Positions 52,700-64,000 of a stretch of 64,000 nt of DNA are shown here, piece by piece. The notes beneath the pieces are model-generated. The model had not been told where the DNA came from. It worked only from the letters and a program-made list of their open reading frames with translations, and searched no databases. The stretch's first letter is position 1, and each line of letters opens with the position of its first letter. The stretch is from NCBI GenBank assembly GCA_038087875.1, contig JAXLNO010001840.1, positions 62,001-126,000 on the forward strand, given 5' to 3'. The translations under genes were made by a program, and so were the position numbers. Origin of the DNA: Malacoraja senta. Lineage: Eukaryota.

Positions 52700-54130
52700 T
52701 CCTTTTCTGGCGGAGGTATTCACGAGAATCTTCAATCTGTCTCTATCTCTGGCAACGGTCCCCAAGTGCCTGAAAACAGCCACCATAGTGCCGGTGCCGA
52801 AAAAGTCCAAAGTCACCAACCTGAACGACTACCGCCCGGTTGCCCTAACTCCAATCCCAATGAAGTGCTTCGAAAGGCTGGTCCTCTCCCATATCAAATC
52901 CAGCATCCCTGCCTTACTGGACTCCCATCAATTTGCATACAGGGCAAATAGATCAACAGAGGATGCCATCTCTCTGGCTCTTCACACTGTCCTGACTCAC
53001 ATGGACCGACAGGGCACGTATGTGAGGATGCTCTTCATTGACTATAGCGGTCATCCCCACCAAGCTCACCACCAAACTCCACCAGCTAGGCCTCAGCTCG
53101 CCGATATGCAATTGGATCCTGAACTTTCTGACAGAGCGACCGCAGGCAGTGAGACTGGGCCTGCACCTGTCCTCCACTATCACCCCGAGCACCGGCACAC
53201 CACAGGGCTGTGTACTAAGCCCCATGCTCTACTCCCTCTTCACTCACGACTGTGTCCCTGCATTCGACACCAACACCATCGTGAAGTTTGCAGACGACAC
53301 AACAGTGATTGGGCTGATCACCAACGGTGATGAAACAAAATACAGAGCGGAGGTGCAGAACCTGGCGGACTGGTGCGCTCATAACAACTTGTCACTAAAC
53401 ACCTCCAAGACCAAGGAGCTGATTATTGACTTCAGGAAGTCCCATAATGGAGAATACGCCCCAATCTCCATTTACGGGGACAGTGTGGAGAGAGTGTCCA
53501 GCTTTAAGTTTCTGGGCACACACATCTCAGAGGACCTCACATGGTCCACCAACACCGCTGTGCTGGTCAAGAAGGCACAGCAACGACTGTTCTTCCTGAG
53601 GACATTAAAAAAGACTGGTCTGCCCCAACAGCTGCTGACAACGTTCTACCGCTGCACCACAGAGAGCATATTAACGTATGGCATCTCTGTGTGGTATCTC
53701 AGCTGCACGGAGGCGGAGAGGAGAGCTCGTCAGCGCGTCGTCCACACAGCGCAGAGGATCATTGGGACAGAGCTACCAGCCTTGGAGGGCATCTGCCACA
53801 CATGGTGCCTCAGGAAGGCCGTCAGCATCCATAAGGACTCATCACGCCCTTGTAACGGACTGTTTGAACTACTTCCCTCCGGCAGACGTTACAAGGCCTT
53901 CTACGCCCGAAACTCCAGACTCAGAAACAGCTTTATTCCAAGAGCTATAGTAGCTCTGAACCGACCCTGCTGAGTGCCCCCCCACCCATCCCCCCTGGAC
54001 AGCCTCCCTCGGATGGTCACCTCACTCAGCTTGCTTATTTATTTATTTTACTTTTCTTGTACATCGGTGGAGCTGCATACTAAATCTCGTTGCACTGACG
54101 TGCAATGACAATAAAAGATATTATTATTAG
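52700..54130 (+). mobile_element. Rex1/Babar-type LINE (RT and 3' UTR with ATT tail)
   Basis: ORFs 52766-52951 and 53038-53973 ([29 protein letters not shown]). Confidence 0.93.
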
Positions 54131-54399
54131 TATTCAACTATGTTCAAGGTATGAACATTTCAGCATGCAATTCTACCGTAAAAATATCATAAAAATACCA
54201 AACAACAGTGTTATTCAAACAAGTAGTTAATATCGAGACATGTTGGAATCTTGAGCAATGAAATACTGGAGGAACTCAGTGAGTCAGGCAGCATCTGTGG
54301 CTGGAATGGACAGGTAACGTTTTGAGTCAGGACCCGTCTTCAGTAGTTTAAATAGTTTTGAATCTAGCTACTTGCAATAAATCAGTAATTTTAGTGGTT

Positions 54400-54720
54400 T
54401 TTAAGGTTAGTTTAGTTACAGCATGGAAACAGGCCCTTCGGCCCACTGAGTCCATGTTGACCATTGATCTCCCATTCACTCTAGTTATTCCACTTTCTCG
54501 TCCACTCTTTACACACTAGGGGCAATTTACATAGGCCAATTAACCTACAAACCTGTATGCCTTTGCGTTGTGGGAGGAAACCGGAGCACCTGGAGGAAAC
54601 CCACTCGGTCACAGTGAAAATGTGCAAACTCCACATAGACAGACCTGAAGTCAGGATTGAACCTGGGTCTCTGGCGCTATGAGGCAGCAACTCTCTACCA
54701 TTGCACCACTGTGCTGTACT
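54400..54720 (-). mobile_element. HE1-like SINE
   Basis: Reverse complement of the SINE consensus. Confidence 0.8.
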
Positions 54721-55489
54721 TCACAAAACCCATTAGCCAGATCAACACACGTAAATTGCAAAGAAAATCAAAGGAGCATTGGCGGCCATGGGTGCCTGTG
54801 TTATATGGAAAATAAATTGTGAGGAATAGGACTGATGAATGAAAGAATGATTGAATGATACTCTATTGTCACATGTACCCAGGGTACCTGGGTATAGTGA
54901 AATGCTTTGTTTTCCATACAACCTCGGTCTATCCTTGACCGGACTTTGCTGGCTTCACCTTGCACTAAACATTATTCCTTTATCATGTGTCTCTACACTG
55001 TAAATGCATTGATTGTAATCATGTATTGTCTTTCTACTGACTGGTTAGTAAGCAACAAAAAGCTTTTCACTGTACCTCGGTACACGTGACAATAAACTAA
55101 ACTGAACCTAGGCATTACAAAAATGTCGTCATGTGTTGGCGCAGACAAAGTTACAAATTACCGAACAGTCCTATCCACTGCCTGTTGCCGCACATGGCAG
55201 CAGACCCCATCCCCACCAGTTCCCCCTTCCCCACAGTACCCCATTTGTTCTCGTCCCCCTCAATGGGACAGCCTCCATGTGCTGAATGCCCTACGTCTAC
55301 AATGTTCTAAGTATAAGATTAGATTAAGCAATGCTCACTGTTGGACTTTGTACCTGCAAACCTTTATTACTTTGTTGGTCTCTTTGAATACAAACATTCT
55401 TGGGTGTTCTTGTCTGTACAAACTAAAATGTGTTGGTTTCTCTGTGACGTTTGAATTCGGGTATCATGCTCACCAATCTTTTTGAACAG

Positions 55490-55945
55490 ATGCAGCATGG
55501 AAACAGGCCTTTCTGCCCACTGAGTCTGCACTGACCATCAATCACCCATACACTAGTTCTATGTTTTCCCTGTTTCACATCCAACACACTCTGGGCAATT
55601 TACAGCGGCCAATAAACCTACAAACCCACACGTCTTTGGAACATGGGAGGAAACAATAGACAATAGACAATAGACAATAGGTGCAGGAGTAGGCCATTTG
55701 GCCCTTCGAGCCAGCATCGCCATTCAATGTGATCATGGCTAATCATCCCCAATCAGTACCCCGTTCCTGCCTTCTTGTCATATCCCCTGACTCCGCTATC
55801 TTTAAGAGGCCCATCTAGCTCTCTCTTGAAAGTATCCAGAGAACTGGCCTCCACTGCCCTCTGAGCACCCAGAGGAAAGCCGAGCGGTCACAGGGAGAAC
55901 GTATCAACTTCATACAAACAGAACCCATTGTTGGGATCCTCCTTG
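55490..55945 (-). mobile_element. HE1-like SINE interrupted by a CR1 3' tail (about 55655-55860)
   Basis: SINE halves flank a (caataga)n-tailed CR1 end. Confidence 0.7.
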
Positions 55946-57419
55946 TGTCTGTGTAGGAAGGCACTGCAGATGCTGGCTTACACCAAAGATAGAGACAAAA
56001 TACTGGAGTAACGCAGTGGAACAGGCAGCATCTATGGGTAAAAGGAATGTACCTTTTAGTATCCCACTCGTTATATATTAATTTATTGTAATTGGAGCAG
56101 TCTGCAAAACTCGCCATAGACAAGAACAAGTGTTTATGTGGATTGGCTACCATTAAACTCTAGTCCCCTGCAATAAAATGCAGATTTAGCATTTTACAGA
56201 TCAATACTTTGAGGGCCCTGCTTACAATGATATGTGCATCCCATCATTTAGAATGCCCCTTCACCTACTCTTTTGAAGCATTCTCCACACATATAGTCAC
56301 AGAGACACACAAACAGAACCTTCAGCCGACAGTCCACTGACCATGAAGCACTAATTCCATACCATTCCATCCCACCATTGATCTACAGGAGGTGCTGCCT
56401 CAGAAAGACAGCTAATATCATCAGAGACCCACACCACCCTGGCCATACTCTCAGGGCCAGCCACCCTGGACCAGGAATTCGCCCGGAAGATCTGGCCCAT
56501 CCATCACGGACTGAGTTCCTGCTCGCTGTGGACCGTGGATGGAGGACCCACCTGGAAGGCCCAGCTCGCCCACCCAGAGTGGAAGGAGTCAGATGGATGG
56601 CTTATAGGCAGACAGGCTGCGGGAGGGAATGGACTGCCTCAACAGTGGAGTGGCCGCTGGAGGCCCTACAGCAACCTGGGGCTTGGCTGTTCCAGGCGCT
56701 GCTCCAAGAGGCCGGGCACATGGACCAGTTGCACCCTGCAGCAGTAGAGGACACCACAGCTTCGCTTGGCCAGGTCAATCCTGCAAAACACCAGGACAAT
56801 GGGCCTCATGGTCAGGCCAAGAACCCTCACTTACAACAACTGGGACGTGAAAATGGCACCAAAAACTGGCAACACTGTATACTGTCTCAGCGTACTACTG
56901 CTATACACTTGTACTGTATCTGAGATGCTTATCTAAGATGTATCTAAGGGCTTATATATAGTGATACTTGTACTAAACTGTATACAATAATGAATTTCAC
57001 TGTACCTCGGTACTTGCCACAAATAAAATACCGTTGAACCAATCAACTGCCTCTGAGGTTACAGAGCCTGAGAACTGTTAGCTCCAGGTTTAAGAGCAGC
57101 TTTTTTCTCATGAGCAGCGGGCATTTAAACACTGCACAAGACTAACCACAACCTTACCTCAACAACTCTGATCTGTGATGGACTTTATTTTGGTTGCAGT
57201 AAGGACATTTTGTTTTTCCACTGTTATGGTCTGGTTACCTAGTATAACTAATAGTAATTTATTTTACCATTGATTGTTGTATATTTAATATATGTATAAG
57301 AATGTCATTGTTCCATTGCCAGTACAGATGACAATTAAACTCTTGCTCTTGACCAACTCATTCTTATTCTCTGCAAATTCCCTTCATCTCTCTCCAGATT
57401 CTATCACTTACCTACAAAT

Positions 57420-58100
57420 GACAGTCAATTTATACTGTAGAAACAAGGAACAACAAATGTTGGTTCACAAAGAAAGAGACACAAAGTGCTGGAGCACCTT
57501 AGTGGGTCTGGCAGCATCCCTGGAGAACATTGATGTGATGATTGATAGATGTTTTGGGTCAAAACCCCTTCTTCACTCTGTGGAAGGGTGTTTACCCTAA
57601 CCGTCATCTAGCCATGTTCTCCGGAGATGATGCCTTACCAGCTGAGTTACTCCAGCACTTAGTGTTAGACGCAAAATGCTGGAATAACTCAGTGGGTCAG
57701 GCAGCATCTCTGGAGAATAGGAATGGGTGATGTTTCAGATTGAGGCCCCTCTTCAGACTTTGTCATCATTGTGCTAACTTGCTCCATCCCATTCACCCAT
57801 CATCTTTCTGATTGAAAAATATTCAGATTTCAAACTCTGATCATTGTATTTAAATATCTAAGACCAACAGCTCTTTCATTCAAAGCAAATCTTTCAATCA
57901 TTTGTTCTTATATCTCTCTATATCACCGCCTGTATCTCTCGTTTCACTTTCCCCTGACTATCAGTCTGAAGAATGGTCTCGACCTGAAACGCTACCTATT
58001 CCTTTTCTCCAGAGTCGCTGTCGGACCCGCTGAGTTACTCCAGCATTTTGTGTCTATCTTCGGTTTAAACCAGCATCTGCAGTTCCTTCCTACGCAGCTC
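57420..58100. mobile_element. Cluster of Penelope termini (two minus, one plus; hammerhead-like core 57966-57990)
   Basis: Same terminal motif as other copies. Confidence 0.78.
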
Positions 58101-58129
58101 CTCCCTCGGCATGCATACAGTCCATACAA

Positions 58130-58380
58130 TTTCACAGTTGAGGTTAGCGTTGTGTAGCGTTCAAGTGCGTGATAGTTGTTGGGAAGAAGCTATTCTTGAA
58201 ACAGGAGGTCATGGTTTTCAAACACCTATACTTTCCACCCCATGGTGGGAGGTAATGAAAGCGTGGCCAGGGGGATGATGTTGCCTTCCTTTTTGAGGCA
58301 GCGTCTCGTGTGGATCCCTTCGATGGTGTTGAGGTCAGAACCCACGATGAACCGGGCAGTATAACTTCCTGATTATTCAC
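58130..58380 (-). mobile_element. Rex1/Babar 3' fragment
   Basis: CFKNSFFPTTI. Confidence 0.75.
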
Positions 58381-59519
58381 AAATTTACGTATTTCATCTG
58401 AAGAGCAGGCCTAAGTAATAGAATTGCTCTCTAAATATCCCTTCCTTTAAGATGCAGCTTAAATGTTTATTTTGCTAATTGTCATGTCATGCCATTATAC
58501 TGCTCGAAGTAAAATGTTACAGAATAATATTCTTACGAATCTCATTGAAGCATTTTTCTACATTGGAACTGCTATAAATGTTATTCTTTATATCTATGCC
58601 TGTTTCCCCTTTCACCAAATTAGATTATTACCATCAAAGGAGAATGTCATTGTTTTGTTTGGCTCTGGAGATGCATGTTGGAATGTGATCATTAAAATCT
58701 TCCCGTATATTGAACCCTGAACTACACTAAACTCAATTATGATTAATGAACAAAATAAAGACAAAGTGTTGGAGTAACTCAGCAGAACAGGCAGCATCGC
58801 TGGTGAGAATGGATAGGTAAAGTGTCGAGTCGGACCCTGTAGACCTATGGACTGTCTTTGGTTAAACTAAGCATTCGAGGTGTTTTTGCACATGTATTGG
58901 GATTATCAATTAACTGGATTTTTAGTATGTTATCTATTTGTTTTGTCTTACAGGTCTGCTACATGAATGTCATTGTTTTGTAGTCAGCACATTGAACATT
59001 CTATACTCTCTTTCCTTCTGGATTCTCTTGTGGAGTGGGAACAAACCTAACATAAGCAAAATGTTGCCATTCATCCTTTGTTCCCAATCTCTGATATTCT
59101 ATAAGATCATAACCGATCCTCTAGCAGACAACCATTTTTCCGAATTCTGGATTCCTTTTGTATCCAAGCATCTTCCTATCCCTGCCTCAAGCATCTGATT
59201 GACTGAATGCCCACAGCCTTCTTGGACAGAGAATTTGAAAGACTAATTACCCTCTGGGTGAAAAGATTTCATCTCATTACTGCACTGAATTCAACGATTC
59301 AATGATATTTTATTGTCACATGCACCTAGGTACAGTGAAATGCTTCGTTTCGCATACAACGGTAAAATCATATAGCAGACCTAACCTAGGCAATACACAA
59401 GTGTCACCATGTTTTGGTGCCATAAGAATGTCTGAAGCCTTATTTTTAAACTGTGAATTTTGGTTCCAGACACACCAGTCTGGGGAGAAATAAAAAGATC
59501 ATCCCTCATGTTCTGAACT

Positions 59520-60856
59520 TTGACTCACTTCATAAGTCAAAGGTGCAGAATTTGGTTGTTCAGCCCATCGAGTTTACTCCACAATTTAATCATGGCTGAC
59601 CTATCGTTCCCTTTCAGTGCCGTTCTCCTGTCATCTCCCTGTGACCTTTGAAACTCTTACAAATCGGGCGGCATTTTCTGTTTTTGTATTCCAGTCCTCT
59701 TGATATAAATCACCTTCCTGACTACCGATTCAATTTGCAAATTAACCTTTTTGGGAGTCCTGCACCACCACTCCCATGTCACTGTGTGCCTCCGATTTCT
59801 GGATTCTCTCTCCATTTGTAAAATAATCTACGCCTTTATTCTTATTACCAAAATGCATGTCTCCACACTTTGCTAAACTGGATTTCATCTGCCACTTCTC
59901 TGCCCACTCTCCTAGCCTGTACACATTCACATTACAGGAGTAGAATTAGGCCATTCGGCCCATCGAGTCTACTCCACCATTGGATTATGGCTGATCTGTG
60001 CCTCCTAATCACATTTTCCTGCCTTCTCCCCATGATAACCCGTTCTAATCAGGAATTTGTCGATCTCTGCCTTAAAAATATCTACCAACTTGGCCTCCAC
60101 AGCCCTCTGTGGAAATGTGTTCCACAGATTAACTACCATCTGACTAAAGAAATTCCTCCTCACCTCCTTTCTAAAAGAGCACCCTTTCATTCTGAGGCTA
60201 TGACCTCTGGTCCTCGACTCACCCACCAGTGGAAACATCCTTTCTACATCCACTCTATCTATGCCTTTCATTATTCTGTAAGTTTCAATGAGGTTCCCCC
60301 TTCAACCTTCTCAACTCCGACGAGTAGAGGCCCAGTGCTGTCAAACGCTCATCATATGTTAACCCACTCATTCATGGAATTATTCTTGTAAACAACCTCT
60401 GAACCAGAGTCAGCACATCCTTCCTCAGATAGGGGGCCCAAATTTGCACACTGTACTCCAAACGTGGCCTGACCAGCGTTTTTGAAGCCTCAGAATGTCA
60501 TGTCTGTTTTTGTATTCCCGTCCTCTTGATATAAATCACCTTCCTGACTACCGATTCAATTTGCAAATTAACCTTTTTGAGAGTCCTGCACCAACACTCC
60601 CATGTCACTGTGCGCCTCCGATTTCTGGATTCTCCCTCCATTTGTAAAATAATCTACGCCTTTATTCTTATTACCAAATGCATGTCTCCACACTTTGCTA
60701 TACTGGATTTCATCTGCCACTTCTCTGCCCACTCTCCTAACCCGAACAAGTCCTTCTGCAAAGTCCTTGCATCCTCTACACTGCCTGCCCCTCCACCTAT
60801 TTTAGCATCATCTGCAAACTTGGCCACAAAACATTCAATCCCCTTATCCAAATCAT
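59520..60856 (-). mobile_element. CR1 fragments including a local duplication of about 245 bp
   Basis: ORFs 60654-60932, 60005-60271 and 59742-59930. Confidence 0.85.
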
Positions 60857-60859
60857 TAG

Positions 60860-62050
60860 ATAGATAGATAGAAACTTTATTTGCCACACGACCAGGGTTG
60901 GTGGTAATTGGGTTTGGTACATGATGGTACACTGCTTTAGCACATTAACACTAATAACAACACAGATCATAATAATAAAGCACATCACAAATCACAGACA
61001 AAAACCATAGACAAGACACTGTATACATCAAAGTCAAAAAGTTATTGGAGGGAATTAAGTGTTCTTATTGCTGAGGGGAAGAAACTGTTTTTAAAACGGG
61101 TGGATTTTGTAGCAAGTGACCTAAGGCGCCTCCCTGAAGGGAGAGACTGGAAAAGGTGGTTTGCTGGATGGGAGGGGTCCGAGATGATCTTTGTTGCCCG
61201 TTTTGAGGTACGTTGGAGGTAAATGGAATGGATTGAGGGGAGGGGGGAGAGTTGATGATCCTAGAGGCCTTGGATACAATGCGCTGTATTCTGTGTAGTG
61301 AATGACTCAGTGTTTCCGTACCAGATTGTGATTGAGGAAGTGATGATGCTTTCAATGATGGATTGATAGAAGCGTACCAGGAGGTGTTTGTGGACTCTGA
61401 ACTTCTTGAGCTGTCTGAGGAAGTATAGGCCTTGATGTCCTTTCTTAATGATGTGGTCAGCATTGATGTGCCATTTTAGATTATTGCAGATATAGGTGCC
61501 CAGAAACTTAAATAAGTTCGTGGAGGTTATGGGATGGGAGTTGACATGGACCGGGGGTTTGAGGTTTTGTTTGCGTCTGAAATCTATGATGGTTTCTAAG
61601 GTTTTTGAGGTGTTAAGCTGGAGGTTGTTTTCTGCGCACCATTTGACTGTGCTGTCCACTGTTTGATGGTATTGTGATTCATTGTTGTCTGAGATGAGGC
61701 CAATTATTGTCGTGTCGTCTGCATATTTGAAAATTTTAACTGAGCTGCATTGGGATATGAGGTTGTTGGTGTAAAGTGAGAAGAGCTGAGGTGACAGAAC
61801 GCACCCTTGAGGGGCTCCTGTATTGAGAGTCAGAGGGCTGGAGAGTTTTTCACCCACCTTGACTCTTTGTTGTCTGTTTGTCAGACAACAAAGAGACAAC
61901 AAACAGACAAACAACATAAACATGACGACCGCACATTTGGAGCTAAGAGTTGTCACTCAGTCAATAACAAAATCCACAGTGTGTGCTAATCTTTTATTGA
62001 TTTCGCATTGTACTAGTGCCTCGCTCTCTTCCCACATTTGGCCATAAACA
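60860..62050 (-). mobile_element. Rex1/Babar-type LINE with (TCTA)n tail
   Basis: ORF 61261-61956 ([20 protein letters not shown]) and 61065-61463. Confidence 0.88.
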
Positions 62051-62074
62051 TGAACCTGTCAAACAATGCACTTT

Positions 62075-63450
62075 GTGTAAGAAAGAACTGCAGATGCTGG
62101 CTTAACTCAAAGGTAGACACAAAATGCTGGAGTAACTCAGCAGGCAGGCAGCATCTCTGGAGAGAAGGAATGGGCGACCTATCGGGTCGAGACCCTTCTT
62201 CAGACTGATTTCAGGGGAGTTGACGGGACAAAGATAGAATGTAGTTGAAGACATTAAGACTGGTGGGAGAACTGGGAAGGGGAAGGGGATAGAGGGGGAA
62301 CGCAAGGGCTATTTAAAGTTAGAGAAGTCAATGTTCATACCGCTGGGGTGTAAACTACCCAAGTGAAATATGAGGTACTGTTCCTCCAATTTGCACTGGG
62401 CCTCACTCTGACCATGGAGGAGGCCCAGGACAGAAAGGTCAGATTGTGAATGGGAGGGGAAGTTGAAGTGCTGAGCAACCATGAGATCAGGTAGGTTAAG
62501 ATGGACAGAGCGGAGTAGTTCAGTGAAATGATTGCCGAGCCTGTGCTTGGCCTCACTGATGTAGAGAAGTTGGCTCCTGCAACTGCGGATGCAGTAGATG
62601 AGGTTGGAGGAGGTGCAAGTGAACCTCTGCCTCACCTGGAAAGACTGTTTGGGTCCTTGGATGGAGTCGAGAGGGGAGGGAAAGGGACACGTGTTGCATC
62701 TCCTGCGGTAGCAGGGGAAAGTACCTGGGGAGGGGGTGGTTTGGGTGGAAAAGGACGAGTTGACCAGGGAATTTCGGAGGGAATGGTCTCCACGGAAAGC
62801 AGAAAGAGGTGGAGATGGGAAGATGTGGCCAGTAGTGGGATCCTGTTGGAGGTAGCAAAAAATGATGGAGGATCATATGCTGTGTGACGGCTGATGGGGT
62901 GGAAGGTGAGGACAAGGGGGACTCTGTCCTTGGTACGAATGGGGGGGGGGGTAGGGAGAGCAAGAGCGGAGCATCGAGGAGACCCTAGTGAGTGCCTCAT
63001 CTATAATGGAAGAAGGGAACCCCAGTTTCCTAAAGAATGAGGACATCTCCGATGCCCTGGAAAAGAAAACCTCATCCTGGGCGCAGATGCTGCGTAGACG
63101 GAGGAAGTGGTAGTCGGGATAGAGTCTTTACAGGAAGCAGGGTGGGAAGAAGTGTAGTCCAGATAGCTATGGGAGTCAGTAGGTTTGTAGTAGATGTCGG
63201 TCAATTGTATGTTTCCTGTTATGGAGATGGTGAGATCTAGAAACGGTAGGGAGATGTCGGAGATGGTCCAAGTGAATTGGAGTGCAGGATGGAAATTGGT
63301 GGTGAAGTTGATGAAGTCAGTGAGTTCTGCATGGGTGCAGGAAGTAGCACCAATGCAGTCGTCAATGTAGCGGAGGTAGAGTTCGGGGATCGGGCCAGTG
63401 TACCTCTGGAACAATGATTGTTCGACGTTCCCTACAAAGAGGCAGGCACA
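62075..63450 (-). mobile_element. Penelope-like element (RT fragment, GIY-YIG, terminus)
   Basis: YLRYIDDCIG, YYKPTDSHSYL, RVPLVLTFHP, IYCIRS. Confidence 0.92.
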
Positions 63451-63815
63451 GCCCTTTCCCGCCTCTCCCACATTGTATTCCCATTCTTACAATAACAACT
63501 TGAAATCAAAGATGTTTTTGTTTCAAACCGTGTCGCTCCTGTTTGTTTTACACGAGTTAAAATCAGTTTAAAGCAATATCTGCAGCTCCTTCTTCCACAA
63601 AGGAAACGGGGCATTGTGCAAATCAATGCAGAAATTCCAGTCTGGATTGTACTGAAACAGTGGAGATTAATTCCCTTTTAACGTCCGCATGAACCATGAA
63701 TCAGACTGAATGTGTATTGCGCGCTTTTTCAAAACTCAGTCGCCTCCGGTCACGATTGAGATAAAGCCAAGACGCTTTTAGCCAGTAGCGAATAAAATGA
63801 GAGTCATTAACTTAC

Positions 63816-63867
63816 CTGCTTGAGCCCCTTGTACGCCGAAGAAAATCAACAAGATGAACAGCATCAT
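63816..63867 (-). CDS. MHC class I-like gene, exon 1 (signal peptide MMLFILLIFFGVQGAQA; an in-frame upstream ATG at 63888 would add MREVVRE)
   Basis: Hydrophobic 17-aa leader ending in A-Q-A, followed by a phase-1 donor G|gtaagt at 63815. The joined codon G+GG gives mature G-P-H-T-L of the alpha1 exon. Too short for the ORF track. Confidence 0.85.
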
Positions 63868-63941
63868 TTCACGCACAACCTCTCGCATCAACAGCAGCAA
63901 CTGAGCCAAACTTCACCAACATCAAAGCAGGATCTCATCAT

Positions 63942-63984
63942 GCAATCAGAATAAAAATACCACGGGTCGTCACCAGTTGTCGAG
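63942..63984 (-). promoter_or_regulatory. Putative SXY-type MHC promoter module (X1-like CTCGACAACTGG, X2 TGACG, Y-like CTGATTGC)
   Basis: Motif order and spacing resemble MHC X1-X2-Y boxes, 54-75 nt upstream of the candidate ATGs. The Y box has one mismatch to CTGATTGG. Confidence 0.5.
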
Positions 63985-64000
63985 CGATGTCATTGAACCA

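Noticed and set aside
58612-58797. Minus-strand peptide VQGSIYG...FSFDGNNLIW resembling the alpha2 exon (VQGQFG...FSFDKDKLKW)
   Set aside because: No C101, motif spacing does not match at protein or DNA level, a stop follows the W, and there are no clear splice sites. Probably chance.

Overview
Eukaryotic, repeat-saturated window from a cartilaginous fish, probably a skate or ray (inferred from HE1-type SINEs, CR1, Rex/Babar and Penelope content). Two host genes lie head-to-tail on the minus strand. (1) A nonclassical MHC class I-like gene, reconstructed by hand: leader exon 63816-63867, alpha1 exon 38737-38996 (one base short, frameshifted) and alpha2 exon 15393-15668, joined by phase-1 introns of about 24.8 and 23.1 kb. 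An X1/X2/Y-like promoter module lies at 63942-63984. I found no alpha3 exon before the next gene. (2) An NXPE3-like gene: signal-anchor exon 9307-9408 and large exon 1923-2710, with the rest beyond the left edge. The remainder is mostly nested transposons: a full-length L1 inserted into a hAT transposase, a Gypsy element with identical LTRs inside a Penelope fragment, a Harbinger-type MITE split by a CR1, many CR1, Rex/Babar, RTE and SINE copies, and many Penelope termini carrying minimal hammerhead ribozyme cores. Repeat boundaries are approximate unless TSDs or TIRs are cited. All alignments were done by eye, with no database searches.
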